DNA of 64,000 nucleotides. Source: Tubulanus polymorphus. Lineage: Eukaryota > Animalia > Nemertea. The stretch spans positions 8,742,001 through 8,806,000 of the forward strand of contig NC_134028.1 of assembly GCF_964204645.1 (NCBI RefSeq), read 5' to 3'. Position numbers and translations under genes: made by a program. This document shows positions 25,668 through 40,400 of this stretch, piece by piece (position 1 is the first letter of the stretch; each line of letters opens with the position of its first letter). The notes below the pieces were generated by a model, which did no database searches, was not told the DNA's origin, and saw only the letters and a list, made by a program, of their open reading frames with translations.

Positions 25668-28159
25668 TGTCGCGGATTCTTGACTTAGTTTTTATCCGCG
25701 GAACAATGTATGCGGGTACTTCAGTTGCTGGTATTTACTCTAGTTGTAAGTACCGTCGACCAAGTATCCGGGTGTCGACCTGGTTGGAATTGTTTATCAA
25801 TTATCGTGCGCGTCATCAACATTCCGACTCTTAAACATCCATTTTGCAAGTATTATGCATAACGTGCGCAGCAGACTAGACTGACAACACAACCTGCACG
25901 TAGTAGTAGTTGTGCTAGAGGATAGAAAACAATGCTTTTATATTAGGATCTAGAACGCACCATACGTTGCAGTCATAACAAAGCATAGCTCGCTCCATAG
26001 CCCAGCATTTTATTGCTATAGATATGGTTATCGTTGTATCGATCTTCTTGCTCGTCAACAACCCCTAAATAGGTCGTCGGTGTCGAGATGAGCCTGCGAT
26101 GTACTCGTCACCACGGTCGGGAAAAGTAAACCGTACCAACCAGTCACTTCGCGCAATATCGTTTGATACCTAAACAAGTTTTATTAGTTTTATTCATAAG
26201 CTTGCATGTTCTCTGTATTTCCAAAATCGTGAGTAATTTTTCCCCGATTTTAGCTTTCTTTCGGGGGTGCCCTTTTGATTGCCCTATTTTGAGGGTGCAC
26301 CCCTACCTGTATTCTCTTGCCATATCAAATTTTACTTCCAAAAACCAATACAAAAATGCACTATATATACACTAAGCAAAGCGTCAAAACTGACATTTTA
26401 CGCAGCTGCAGTGTTGAATATAAATAGTTTTACAAACTATTTTGACGGGATATTCTGAAATACAAAATACAATGGCGAGTTGATTGTGTTAGTTACGGGT
26501 TAAGGGTTTTTTGTGCTCATGTTTCAAGGAACAGGGCATATGTTCAGTACATATTTATTCAGATCTAAATGAAATTGGCGGCATTTGAAATTAACATTGA
26601 ATTTTGTTGGGATTTTTGTCACCAAGGAAGAGAAAACGAGCATTTTGAGTTGAAATTAAGGGTGACAGAAATATGGAGAAGATTGAGAAAGGCGGATTTG
26701 GAGAATTGTAGTGAGTTGATTGGGCTTGCGACGAGCCTTAGCTATCAGACATGATGCGTCCCTGCATATCTCCCAAGGTGTTCATTACCCCACTCATCCC
26801 AGAATGTTTATGGATCAATAGATTTTAGAAAAAATTGTGAATTGGTATTTGAGATTCTTTTGCAGGATGCGTCCGAAGCAGTCTCACGACGACCCTCGGC
26901 GTGAACATAGTACTCTCCAGTCTCCTTATCATAGTCTCGAAATGGTCTAATCTAAAAAACAGTCATTCGTTATTTCAGAGGGCTCCAACCTAACCACAGC
27001 CTTTTATCTCGTATCGTAGGTTTAACCTGTACTCTGTGGTTTGACGTGAAAATATCCGATTGAAACGCCGACAACTACATGTACCGGTATCGGTTTGCGA
27101 ATAATCCTGCGTAACCTGGAGAAACCGCAATGCCACACCGTCATAGGCCCGAGTCCTTGCAAGTCAAGTCCGACGAAGAAAGACTAATAAGACTAAATAT
27201 GTACATATATAACGTGTTATTACATTGCATTAGCTTAGAAAATATCACAAATTCTTATCTACATTTTATCCATAAAAACAACGAGTTTTTCCATGATAAT
27301 TATCATTGATTTATGACGTATACACATATATACAAAACAAATAAATTCCGAATCATTATATATATAATAAACACATTTAATAACCACGTCGTAGGACAAT
27401 AGCAAATATATACAGTAATAGGCCTTGCAACAGATAGGTCATCGTACTCCAAGATCAGCGCAAGCAACCACCTGATACTCCAAATGGGATTAAGAATAAC
27501 CTTAAATCTAATTTTAATCGCGATTTTGCGTACGTAAGATATTTAAGGCGTGTCCCGTCCACGATGCTTACGCTCAAACCTACTAGCACCCAGCACCCCA
27601 TACCACACAACGTGCTAAGTAATAAAATAACGATACCAAACAGGGCCTAGTATATGTTGCTGAATTTTTACATCAACAGAAATACATACCGGTACACGCA
27701 ATATAAGACATTTTGATCGAGGCTAAAATCAAATCTAGTAAAAAAAGCTCAGGCCAATCACGGCTCATCATGTGCGACATGAAATTGAACCCCTTCCCTG
27801 ACAGGTATGTATAAAACTATATACATGTACATGTACACTTGATTAACACAATAATAATAATCATAAATTTTTCTGTAATAAATTTCAATACCGAGCATAT
27901 TTATATTTTTGGGAAGGTACCAACTGTAAATATCTCATCCAAACAATGACGCTACATCTAGTCGGCAACAAAGCTACGAAGGCTGAAAAAATAGAAATGA
28001 AATAAAAATTATTCATTCAATTGAGCTAGATGTCTTGCACGTGATTTGTATAATTAAAAATGGTCCCGAATAAGGGAAAACGTATTCACCGGTTCATTTC
28101 ATCTCATAAACAGCTTAGAATTGATCGCAATTCATTCTACTGACAAGGAGGCCACCAAA

Positions 28160-28262
28160 AAATTATCCTTCCCCGGCAAGGATTTGAACCTAATGACATC
28201 GTTAGACTCTAGTGCAGCAGGGTTTCGTATCGTGAGGAGTCTCTCGATGCCATCAGGTTCAA
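28160..28262 (-). mobile_element. tRNA-related SINE-like copy
   Basis: Reverse complement reads aacctgatggcatcgaga...taggttcaaatccttgccggggaaggat, matching the plus-strand copy at ~28693-28770; a related fragment lies at ~48195-48265. Confidence 0.55.
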
Positions 28263-28268
28263 GTGTTC

Positions 28269-30107
28269 TCATAAAATACGTATGTTCGATGTCTTTTGAT
28301 CCTTCTGATCACTGTCTTTATCGCAGTGTGTGCCACTCACGTGTTTATCTTGTTGGTCTTTCGTCGTCTGTTCCATATTTCTAAATTCTAACATTTCGCA
28401 TCGAACTCTTAATTGTAGAACTCTTTGTAGAATCTCGTCCCTGAAACACAAACTCGGATTAGAGCTACATTTACTTACTCGATCAAGCATGACCAAGAAC
28501 ACATTTCACAGTGCTAGGCCTATATACATGTATCATTCTTTCCTTTCAACACAGAAAAATGGGACGAGCCATGCTTTTACAATGGAAATTGATTCATTAC
28601 AATTGATCTAGGATATCGTTTTTGAGTTATGCGGTACATCGACTTGAAAGGATTCGGATTAGGGAGGCTAAGTCCTCCCTAAACAGTGATTCAAACCTGA
28701 TGGCATCGAGACTGCCACGGCTTGTGCGTAGCGATGCTATAGGTTCGAATCCCTGCCAAGGGAGGATGATACGCATTGCTGAAGATTTCAAAATCGTAAT
28801 CACCTGTGCGCTTTTGTTGATACTCCTATGTAGTTAAGTTTACAATCGCTCAATCGTATTAAAGCTTGACCTAAAATATATAGAGATTTCATAGTTTAAA
28901 GCAGAGCTGGTGAAACTGGTCCAGCGGCATCTATGAGTCTAGCAATAGCCGGACTGAAGATTTACCTCGCCACCCAAAGACCCCCTCCATCAGATCAGGG
29001 AAAATAACCTTAGCACAATTCTTTTAGAATTTGTGGACGACCTTTGTGACAATGCAAGAAGTTAACTTCATTTGAAACATACGGCAATGCAAATTCGTCA
29101 CCTCTGTCATCCTACTTTGGACAAATTGGCTGTTGAATACAGTATAACCTAATTCATATTCCTAATCCTAATTCAGATGTTTGCCTGACATGGACATCAA
29201 TCTTTTACTAGCGTAGCCGGACTGTGAAGTGTTAGCCAGCCTGACTTTGAAGTGTTAGCCTATAGTCCACGCTTATCAACAATAAGAATTTGGGCTCAAC
29301 AGAAGATCTAATTTTAATATTTTCTCCCAACTTTTACAGTAAAAGATGGGCTAACCAATAAAGCTGGATGATTTGAAAATAACAAAACTTTCCAAAATGT
29401 TGTCATGGCCATTTGTAAATGTTTCAGGTCAATGTACCGTACAAACCTGTGATGTCATGTTCAGCAAATATTTCACCGTACAAATTGAAATAGACCGGGC
29501 AATATCGTTTCATCCATTTCTGAACGTCGGCGGATGTCCAAAAATAAACCGGTTTCGTTTTGCGCTTTTCTTTCTTGGACGACTGAAACGGCAAACATTC
29601 AACGAGGTAATGACCATGGAAAACATCTGACTATACCTCCTGGGTTTTAAAAGCTAATTTCTTATATGCAACGATATGTTATATCTATCGTGGGAGTGCA
29701 CATATAATGTAGTAACATCCCGCAAAGCAAAATTAATTTTTTTTCATATACAACTGTATACTATCTTTTACTTTTTTGATATAGCAAGAAAATTATCTTC
29801 AACGGGGATTCAAGGGACCACCTGTACACCAACTGCCTTTTTCATTTGCAAAAATAAATTTTCCAGCTGTGCGCATTGACTTAGGTTTTGGATAGACATA
29901 TTAGAAGTAAGCCATCGTTACCTAGAAATTCTCGCTACGTTTAAACTTCCAAGAGTCGATTGTTAATTCAGACAAACAGAAATAAATAAAGACTTAGTCA
30001 CAAACCTTTTCTTTAGATGAAGATCTGGCAGGGGAAGCTGGTGACATGTTTGATTCATCTATCACTGTTTGATGCGGCGGTGAGACCATAGTTTTAGCAG
30101 CGGACAT
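28269..30107 (-). CDS. ave: Aveugle/HYP-like (SAMD10/SAMD12) SAM-domain protein, ~158 aa, 4 coding exons
   Basis: Exons 30107-30006, 29582-29447, 28870-28804, 28440-28269. SAM domain KPVYFWTSADVQKWMKRYCPVYFNLYGEIFAEHDITGQALIRLSDCKLNYIGVSTKAHRDEILQRVLQLRVR. Probable 5' UTR exon with donor at 30980; start codon less certain. Confidence 0.9.
28693..28770 (+). mobile_element. tRNA-related SINE-like copy
   Basis: aacctgatggcatcgaga...taggttcgaatccctgccaagggaggat, with B-box GGTTCGAATCC. Confidence 0.55.
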
Positions 30108-30980
30108 AAAACATTCACCCCCGTCGCTCTCCGCCTTCTGGCTGGCTGGCACTTTCTCTGGTCCCCTATCTAACTGACCGAGGGTAATGTCTGTAATGTG
30201 TAATGGATGAAATTCAAATGAAGGACGCCACGTCTTCGAAAACGTTTTCATCCCAATGCCCAAAAAAAACCAATCATTGCGGCATCACATAACATACACA
30301 AAAATTGATGTGTATAACTGTTTTTGATGTGTTTTCGTTATGCCGTGTGCCTTGAACGTTTCATAGTAAGCAGTCAAAATTCTACTCATAACATTTTTGT
30401 GAAAATATCTTCACGGTTTCGATGAAACCACAGGGGCTCGTCACAATGGCTGGAGGTCCAAAATCAATGATTCGACTCAGTATCCTAGGTACTAGGCTAC
30501 ATACAAAAACAAACCTAGATTCTTTTTTGTGGTACCTAGGATACTGGGTCGAACCGTTGATTTTGGAACCCCAGCTATCGTGACGAGCCCCTCTGAATAA
30601 AGTATAGAGTTCTGCCCTGTTTCGGCACTCTAGCAACGCAAACAGAAACCCCAACAATAAACCATTCACTGAAGCCGAAAGGTGATCAAAACTATATCCA
30701 TCCAAAGTCAGAAAAATTATTTCTGACGATGGGAATATACGTCGATAATTCAAAACCCTATTCGACAAAGACAGAATACACACGCTGCAGTGCAACTCCC
30801 CAAAACTAAGGCTTACTTTGTGGTTTAAAAAGGAACTGACAACTATTTTCCTCGAATAACGTCAACAATAACAACATTGATTGATTCAGAAAACAGATCT
30901 ATCATCCAATGATCCAGTGCACTACAGCGGTTTTAAATTGGAGCAAGTTCCCAAGGAAATTCTTTTTTATTGGTACTTAC

Positions 30981-31485
30981 CAAATGCACGATATAAGTTT
31001 CTGCAAACTGTTGTTATTTGCAAAAAACAACAATTTTTTGACAATTCGCAACTAAAATAAAAGAACCCGGAAGTTAATTTGACAGGAGATTCGCTAAATG
31101 ACGGCCCAGGACTTTGGTTGAAACGAGACTCCCGATAGATGGCAGAAGCGTCGACAAATTTCGAGGAATATTTTTGACTCGAAAACGAATGATTTTCGTT
31201 TTGAATGATGTTGGTTACAAATCATCTGTTGATAACTTGACTAATTTCCAGGTTCCCAGCTAGAATTGTTCATATCAACTATCAAAGAAAATGTTTCGCA
31301 TGGCGGCCGCAGCGGCCATCATGATCAAGAAAGGTGCGCGCCATGGAGCTCTCCCGAAGTGGAGGTACGATAGCATCACAGCGCTCGGTGCTATTTGAGT
31401 ATTCAGTACTGAACTGAAAACATGCACATCGGATCTACGTATTTCCAATCGAATTAATGGATTAACCTCGAAACGGATTATCACG
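30981..31485. promoter_or_regulatory. Putative bidirectional promoter and 5' UTRs between ave (-) and the IRSp53-like gene (+)
   Basis: The ave 5' exon donor (30980) and the IRSp53 ATG (31486) face away from each other ~500 bp apart. An ETS-like CCGGAAG lies at ~31067 and a YY1-like CATGGCGGC at ~31299. Confidence 0.55.
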
Positions 31486-34400
31486 ATGGACAGCAGCATC
31501 AGAATTCATAAACTGACCGAGAACGTTTATAAGGTAATATGATTACTCGACCGACTGAAACGTATTTTACATTTGTTGTAGACGCGAGTACAGCTCTGGA
31601 ATTGAGAATATACAATTATTATCGGAAATCGGCTATCCGTGCTTTGATCGATATTAGCGCCATTATATTCATCTCAACATGCGTTCAATTAATTAATTTT
31701 AACCTCCACTCAACCAGAATGCTAGGAAAAGTGATATATAATACGTAATATATATATTGAAACGAATTCATAATTCCCTGTTTTTTAATTATTGGAAAAA
31801 ACGGCAAAAAAATATTCGATTCCAATTATTCACAAATTAAAGCAATTGCTTGATCTCATAATTTTCAGTAGCTAAAGATGAAATGTGAATTATTTTCAAA
31901 CATTCCAATCGATCGTGGAGTTTGTTTTAAAATCATTAATTTGCAATTAAGTTAAAAATAGTTAAAATTGAAATGTTTAATAGGATTGTTAACGATCGAA
32001 ACTATATTCGATGGCTTGGTGTTAGGTTACAAACCAATATTTCTTTTTTGTGTTTTTTTCTTAAATATAGGTTTATATCTATTGTTATTATTTTCAGAAT
32101 CTCTCCGACAATTTCAATCCATGTTTGAAGCAATTTATTGCAACGGGAAAGGCATATCAAAGACAATTACAAGGTAAAAAACCCGCTTAAAACGTGTGAA
32201 AAACTGAAACGGTTTTCGAGTTTCGAGTTATAATTTTGCCGATGATTAATTACTGGCACAGTGTGTGTATCTACTAGAAAATGAACGCTTTACTAAGTCG
32301 TTACTTTATTTTTGAATCAATTCTTTAAAGATGAATTCAAGTATTTTATGGTGGTTGATTTTGGCCAAAAAATCTCAAATTCACGAAAAACGGTTTTTTC
32401 TCAACGTGCTGAAATCAACTTTTAGGGCTTGAAAACAATTTTAAATTATGTTAAGTGGATGCTGAAATCAAAGTATTGTTTTCAGTTTCAGTTTTTAACT
32501 TTTATTTACTTTCATCAATTTGATATTTTGTGGCCCACATCAGCCACCATAGTATGCCTTCTGCAGTTATTGTCTTATGATTATACCTTTGAAAATTGAG
32601 CATTGCATTTTTGTTCAATTTCCATCCTATCTTGTAAGATACCTTTCAATCACGATCATAATCACTAATTTTTCGAATATATTCAAGGCCAATGTGTACT
32701 AATAAAACAAAAATAATTTTATCGTTTTTCAGGAGTTTCTCAGTATGCCAAGGCGTATATCGACTCATTAGTGAAACTTGCTCAGACGGCTCAATCGTGT
32801 AAAGGTGCTACTGTGGAATTAGGTGAAGAAAATAATCATATAATACCGGTAGAACGTAGAATTGAGAAACTTATCAGGGACGGACAGAGAAGTATCGAGC
32901 TTCCTATCTAGAATATATCGATACATTTCTTAGATGATTTACGCGTATAAGATCCATTGAGGTTTATCTTAACGCTCGTAGTATAGGTCTCACCAGGGAG
33001 GTCCCACCTCGTAAACGAATACTTCTTTCAGTTTGATTGTGTGATATCGTTCTGCCGCTCAAACTCAGTTTATCTCGATAATATTCCATTTTTCACATAA
33101 GCTATACCAAAGACACGATATATTTCTGAATGGATGATGTATTAGATTTAGAGGTTTTTTAAAGAATTTTTTTAGAAAAAGTAATTTCTAAAACTAATTG
33201 ATCTAATAGATCAATATTACTTCGTCCTTCCACTATTATGAATTAAAGCTTTCTGTTGTTATTCCTCGTTGTACTCGAAGGCCCTTCCGAGATTCAGCGA
33301 TATATAGCGATATAGCGATATATATCAGTTTGACAGCTGATTTTGTGAGTAAACAAAGTGTTTACGAACGTAATGTGCGAAGTGCACTCATATATATTTG
33401 TTCACGTGACACTTCTCAATTAACAGCGGCTGCGGTCCGATGACGTTAAATCGGAATAAATATTAGATTTTGAATCCCATTTTAAACGCGCGACCCCAGA
33501 GACGGCAGTTCCCGTTGGTATTCAGACGGGCACTTTCAGATATCGGGCAGCGTAAATTCATATCTCGTAGCGCGGTCAAAAGTGAAAGTGCAAGCGGGAC
33601 GATTCTGAACTGTTGACCGATGAATTGTTGGTAAAAGCATTGTTTAGCGCTGGAGCAATTATCGATTACTCCAAGGTCTATAGCAGCAGTTGAATGTATA
33701 CCCCAGCATTAGATTAGTCTTAGAGATTTAAGGGGATTTGATACAATTACGGATGCGTATTCCGGGAGTATCTGTCTAAACGCTCGTCTTAAGATCGAGT
33801 AGTTTCTAGTACTGTATAGTAAACACGAGTTAACGCGGTATCCGGTTATTCTCGGATATAACTGTTAAAAATAACACATTTTCACCGGCTGAATATGAAA
33901 TTGAGAAAACATTCCTACCATCTGGAGAAAGTCGGAGCGGGAATGATCGAGATTCTAAAAGTAAGATTATCGCGACTCGCTCAGTATTCAAAGTATACAT
34001 ACATATAGTAATACAAGCAAAAATACGTGGTTGTATTTCCGATAGGGCCTACAAGGTATAGATAAAATGTCAGAGAATTTCGTGCGGCACTTACAATACA
34101 ATCATCTTTCTAAAGATTTTTTCGTTTCTCGTTTTGGATGGCCATGTGTGAGACCATCGCCATCCTCGTTTTGGGGAATATGATGCGGCACCATTTTACA
34201 AAAGACAACGTGTTACTGTACAGGTGCGATGTGATTATGAAATTTTGAAAAGCTATAGATGCATTCGTGCTACTGAGAGTGTTTTCACCGAATATTTCCC
34301 CCAAAGAATATCGGTTGGCATTATAGGTACGACCCCCCCCCTCCCCAATGATCCGCGCTGATCCTTTGTCTCTAGCCAACTATGGTAACAAGGATTGACC

Positions 34401-37400
34401 AAGCCAAATGTAATCATTTCTTTAGTGGGGAATTATAAAAATGTGTTAACCTATCAATGATATAGTGCTAATGGATTTTACACTACAAATATTTACTCAA
34501 AAGGTGATAGCCACCGCCCCATTCACACCTTACCTAGCCCTTGATCGGCTTTGATGCTTGATGTTATATTTACTACAGTGGAATAAATTACAACGACTCC
34601 GTTCTATCGGGAGTATGATCCAATCGCTAGTTATGAGCCATGATGACATGATTGTGATATCCGACGACCCTTTTTGCAAAAATCTGATGACGAGTCCCGG
34701 CAATAAATATACTGTATCGCAACCACCGTTATAGGTTTTCTTCCGAACCCGTATCCATCCGTACTACCCAAATCGATTCGGATCTTGATTTATTCTTGTT
34801 AAGAGTATCTTTTATCCGTGTTAGGAACACCGCCACTTAAAAAGGTACAGCGGATTTACCACGCTTTTGACGCCGAGTAGCTATACGCAAATTGAATTAC
34901 CGAACAATTTGACTCTGAACCATGGAGCTCGAACGTTTCTCTCCCGAGTAGATCAGATAATCCAATAGATGAGCGAATTCATCATTTTGTAAATTCGAGG
35001 AAACGAGCCCGCGCCGAGCCTTTTTCTCGGGGTAGTCCTATCTTAAGAAAAAGGACTTTTTTCACTGCGAAAAGGGGCACATTCTATTGCAAAAGAACTG
35101 ATCTTAGATGATGTTTTCTTCAATAAGCGAAACTTAAACAACGTCTCATTTTAGAGGCCAAATAATCGGAATACCTAAATAAATCATTTAAGAATAGATT
35201 ACTTCTCATTTGAAAAAAAACCTCGAAATTTCGAAAAATCTCGAAAAATCTTGACCTAAATTTTTTACACTGACTTTTGGAAGGGCAGTGTGAAAGTTTT
35301 AGGGGGTCCGTTCGCTACCCTCGAATCCCCTTTGGGGGCGCCTGTGGAACCAACGTTGAGAAAACTCGAGAATACCGAATACGTTTGATAGAATTCATGG
35401 AAATACTCGTAGAATAGCTTTCTTCTTGTATAATGCGTAGGCCTATCATCTGGATGTAAACATGTTTGTGGAAAATGAAAATCGATATAGCGCATCAATA
35501 AATCGATCAATCAATGTTTGAAATAATCATCGATGTCGAAATCTGTCCAAAAAACCAATCAATCAATCTATCTAGATGTATAGACGTGTTTGGCGTATGA
35601 CTAATTCAAAAATAATTCCCATCATTTGTAAAATTTATAAAATTGTTTGTCGAAAGCGTTCGTCATTCTGTGATAGAAAATTCGTAGATTTTGGACGTCG
35701 ATTTCGTTCAATCGCTCGAACCTGAAAATATGCTCGTTTCTGTCATCAGATCCTTCATCAACGAGACCAAATCGACTGAAGAAATTAATGTGTCATTGCC
35801 TTGGACTTAGTTATGGCAACCACCCTTCCCCGAATCTTACTGAAAGCTCGCAATATTAACGATCCTCGTGGAAATCGGGCGTTCTCTGGGCCCTGGAACT
35901 AACTACAAAACTGGCCCCTGAATCAGGGGAAACTACTCACAATTGCCCGTCCGTAGTTGATCAACTATTTATTTTATTTAGCAACAGCTACAAAACTACA
36001 AAAATTATCTCAAACATTTACTATGTAACAGATGTAACAAATTTCATTCACTCGGTTGCTTTCGGTTTTAGAACGCATGGTACAATCCGGATTATCTAAG
36101 CGGATTATGTAATCAAGGCTATCAGAGCGATCCCGCCGGGGCTATAAAATCGCATGTTTAGTAAATGCACCGGACTCGTTTGATTCCATAGTCGATGTAA
36201 TATATAACACACGTACGCGTTCTTACATTACAACTCTGATAAACAACCGCGATCCGAAATGATCTTGATTTTCTCTGTTGCACCAAAAGGTGGAGCGATT
36301 AAAGTCATAACATTGTACATGTTTTGGCTATTTTCGAAAGCAGTGCGAAGCTGTATAAATTCTATATTATTGACATTATTCGAAATTACATTGAACAGAA
36401 TTTATGCAAAATTCATGTATTTCCTTCTTTCAAGTGACCGCCTCTCAATAAGCTGTCAATCGCTAGAGCATTCGCATCACGGTTCTCGGAATTGTCATTC
36501 AGCCATCTCATTGATCGCCATCATTTATTGCTCTAATCTACCGGCTCCGAGTAACGAAGAATAAATTGGTTATGGTTCCGTGTGACGCAGGCTGGTGAAA
36601 AGTGGGCACCGTCGTCCTTTTCGCGATCTATACTCAAAAAATCACGATTTAGTAGTTTTCCGATCGATAGGAAACGTGTTATGAATCGTAATATTCATCT
36701 GGCCAGTCACTTCTTCTTCTCTACTGGGACCTAATCAATGATACGCGGCAATTACTTGATTTCGGGTTCTAGATGTTCCATGGTTTTTCTTTGCCGATGC
36801 CCGCGAGCCGATTCATTTTACAGAATTTCCAAAAATGGCGCAAATTGTTTCGCGAATCTAATAATGTCCTGATTGCGAAGACGTTTTCATTACACTAAAT
36901 TACAGTAAGGATTTTTAAAACGATACCTTGTTTTTCCTGATCGGCCGACTCGTTTTGTAAATCGCAATTGAATTTGAAATCAGTTTATTTCTGTGGCCAT
37001 CGGATCTGATATCTGCATGATCATGGTTTAAAAGAAAGTACAGGGTAGATATAGGCGGCCGGTCGGGAGCTCAGGGCCCAGTTTCACGAAAAGGTTAAAC
37101 TGAAATTGTTGATGTAATCGATATTAGTGATATTTTCAACGAGGACAACAATTCAAACTTAACCGTTTTTGGCTTACGCATTTTCGTGAAACTGGGCCCA
37201 GCAGAAAGGAGAAACAAGGTATCGATTTTTCAGCCTGATAATATCTATATCAAGTTGAGTCGAAGTACTCGCCGACCTTTCGATCGAAACTAAATTGCTC
37301 CAATAATTAGCAACCTCGCGTATAATCGATCCACAACGTAGCATCGAATTGAAACAAATTTAACTGATGAGTTAGACTTATTTGCAGTACGTATGTTCAA

Positions 37401-40400
37401 TATTGTCTCCCGCATTGTGCGCATTTAAACTGATTGCCGACTCCACCCAGATTTATCGCCATGGAAACCGTACTTGTTCCGTTCAGTTTTCGCCGCTGTT
37501 TACGTAAACCGTAAAAATGCGTCAATCTTAACAACGCGCAGGGATCAATGCATAAAGGTCTTTTCGCTGAGATCGTTGTCAAAATATTACTTCAAAATTC
37601 TGTTTACACTGAGATATTATGTAGAAGTCTTCTTGCAGCAATCACGTTACGGCGTCGTAACTGACAGCCAGGAACGACGGTAGATTTACAACAAGATAGA
37701 TGGCCCAGAAAATTCTAAACGACCAAATTATCTTTCGTTGTCTCTGACTATCGCGCCGTGTATTTCTCGTTCAAGTTCCCGAGTCGACATCCAACAACCA
37801 AAACGATCATCTTTAACATTTGATTCTTTAATTCTCAAAACCCATCTACCCGTATGGTTACCATCTGTACGCATAAGCTTATGCATTATATACTCGGCAA
37901 AAGTATGAGCAAAACAACTAATTGATATTTCTACGCTACACGTAGACTCATGACAAACAAATGACTAATCAACAGATTGATTGCCAACCGTCATTGATGC
38001 TTGATCACACAAATTCTAATCCAAACTAAACTGTTATGGAACTAAGAAATTGTCCGCATGATACAACTCTGATGGTAAAAACGAGGTATTATGTCGCGTG
38101 CACGACCTTTAAATCTGAAACCATGAATACCTTACTAATGGAATCAGTTTTACATGCGCAGTTGTGACTTTTATGGCTCTTTTGGATTACATTCCACCCG
38201 ACTTGGATCTGGGATTTGGATCTGGATTCAAATTCTAAGATATGAAACGAGAAAACTAAACTGAAGTTTATTGATGCCTTGAGGAAAAATAACGCATATG
38301 TTGCCAAATATTATCGACGATGAATAATACAATATGATATAATATCATGGATCAATAGAATTGTTTTTCATTTGAATATATCGACAATTCAATTAAATCG
38401 ACCCGCAACCAGTGTAGCGCACAACCCAATATTGGCGACGTAGAGCACGTCCACTCAAAAATCAAGACATGAACATTTTTTTAATAGAAAATAAGTACGA
38501 GGCATGCAATATATTTAGTTACGAAATGAACGCCAAAATTCACAATTTTTATGGTTATTTTGAAACGCCAATATTGATGACGCGCAGGGCACATCAGCTC
38601 GCTCCGTGCCCATCTATGTTTGAAGTCATTATTGTAACGGTTTTTACGGCGTCAAGTAAAGACTTGGTTCACCCGTGAGCTACTACAAGCCGAGATTTAG
38701 CTCAGCGGCTCCCAAAGCGATACCTGACCGAGAAGATCTAGGCATAGAAACCAAGAAACATAGAGCTGGCTAAAGAAACCTGTGAGCTGTGAATATTAAC
38801 CGAACAACAATAAACGTATTAAATAACCTACGGTTTACAGTAATAAGATACACCGGGTTGATACATTTCGGTAGCATTTCATTAGAACGTATCGTATATA
38901 TAGAATGATTAATGTCCTCTGACCTAAATTTAACCCGAGGTCATTATGTTTGTCTTCGCAGGTGATACGCTGATGCAGATTACGGAAGTCCTCAAAGACA
39001 TCCAAAATCAAATAACTGAAAACGTAAGTATACATTTATGCGATGAACTTACGTGAAAGTTTATCGCCGCCTCGAGAAACAACACATATATTGCTTGATA
39101 TCGTCGACAATGAATAATAAATAATATGAATTATATAATATTGAGGAACAAAACGTTAGTTTTGGATTAGAATATATCGATTACTGAATTGAATTGACCG
39201 GCAACTGTTCTAGCCCCGATATATTGATGACGTAGTGCACATCTTCGAAAAAATAGTTAAAATTATCAAAAATGAAATGAGAGTTATGAAATCTACAAAA
39301 AATAAACGCCAAAATTCATAATTGCAGTTGTTATTTTTAGATGTCAATATTGATTACGTAGTGCACATCGACTCACACAGCACCCCTTATAACGCATACT
39401 AGAGTATCAATGTGTATAAACATAATTATTATGACGGTTTTTACGGCATCAAACAAAGCGCACGCGACCAATGGTCCTGATTTGATACCCGTTCTATCAG
39501 ACGATAGTTTATGGATGACGTCAGAACCTTTACGTATCGCTATTAATGGCCATGAGGGGAATCGAATCTTGTATAGGGCGAAATCGATATAAGTGAGGTT
39601 ATCAATATATTAAGATATTTATTTTCGGAGTGATGAACTCCTACGTGCAGCGTCGCGGTCATTAGTAAACTATTGATACCTACCAAAGCGCAACCGCGTG
39701 TATCATTCCTATCTAGCTTCAGAGTTCTAAAAATAAGATCAACAAACATTAGTCATCCATTCCCCAGTTGTGGGTTTGTTCGCGGAGCATATTGTGACTG
39801 AATTCTGACGAACGAGTTTAATTGACTCGAAGGTCAACTGGAAAGTGAGTCAAATGTGCTCACAAAACTGAAACAAATGCAGACCGGAAATGCAACTCAA
39901 ACGGAAATGAAAATTTGAATTTATAAAATCGAAATGCGAAATGTGATCGAACAAATCTTTCTACAATACATGTATATGTAATCAATGCAGTTGAATAAAT
40001 TTATTGTCAAATATAAACTGCAGCATAACTTGTGCAAAATACATCAGTAAATTAGACTTGGTGGGGCCTGTAGAAACTACAGAATAGTTTGTATAAAACA
40101 GGTCGCTCAACTAGAAAAAAGTGAAGCAGAAAAAAGAAATATAAAAATTCATGCACGATCTTAGTCAATCCTCAAATACACAACATGCTCACTTTTAAAT
40201 TGTAATAAACGTTATTGCAAATTAATGCAACTATAATTACAGTTTGATTAGGGGAAACACATTATGATATAAAGTAATCATCTGTTAAGCAAAAGTTGTT
40301 TTTTATTGTTCCTTAAAAATAATTTTGAATTGTCCAGATTTTTATACATAGCCACCGATGTTATTCATATTTGCTATATCTGATAAATGAAAGAACGTTT

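Noticed and set aside
30382-30795. 137-aa ORF in the ave 5' intron
   Set aside because: Spans an inverted-repeat element (~30433-30595) and has no domain signature.
33880-33966. Possible alternative first exon of IRSp53 (donor at 33961)
   Set aside because: The visible ATG frame is not in phase with exon 38962; there is no support beyond a donor-like site.
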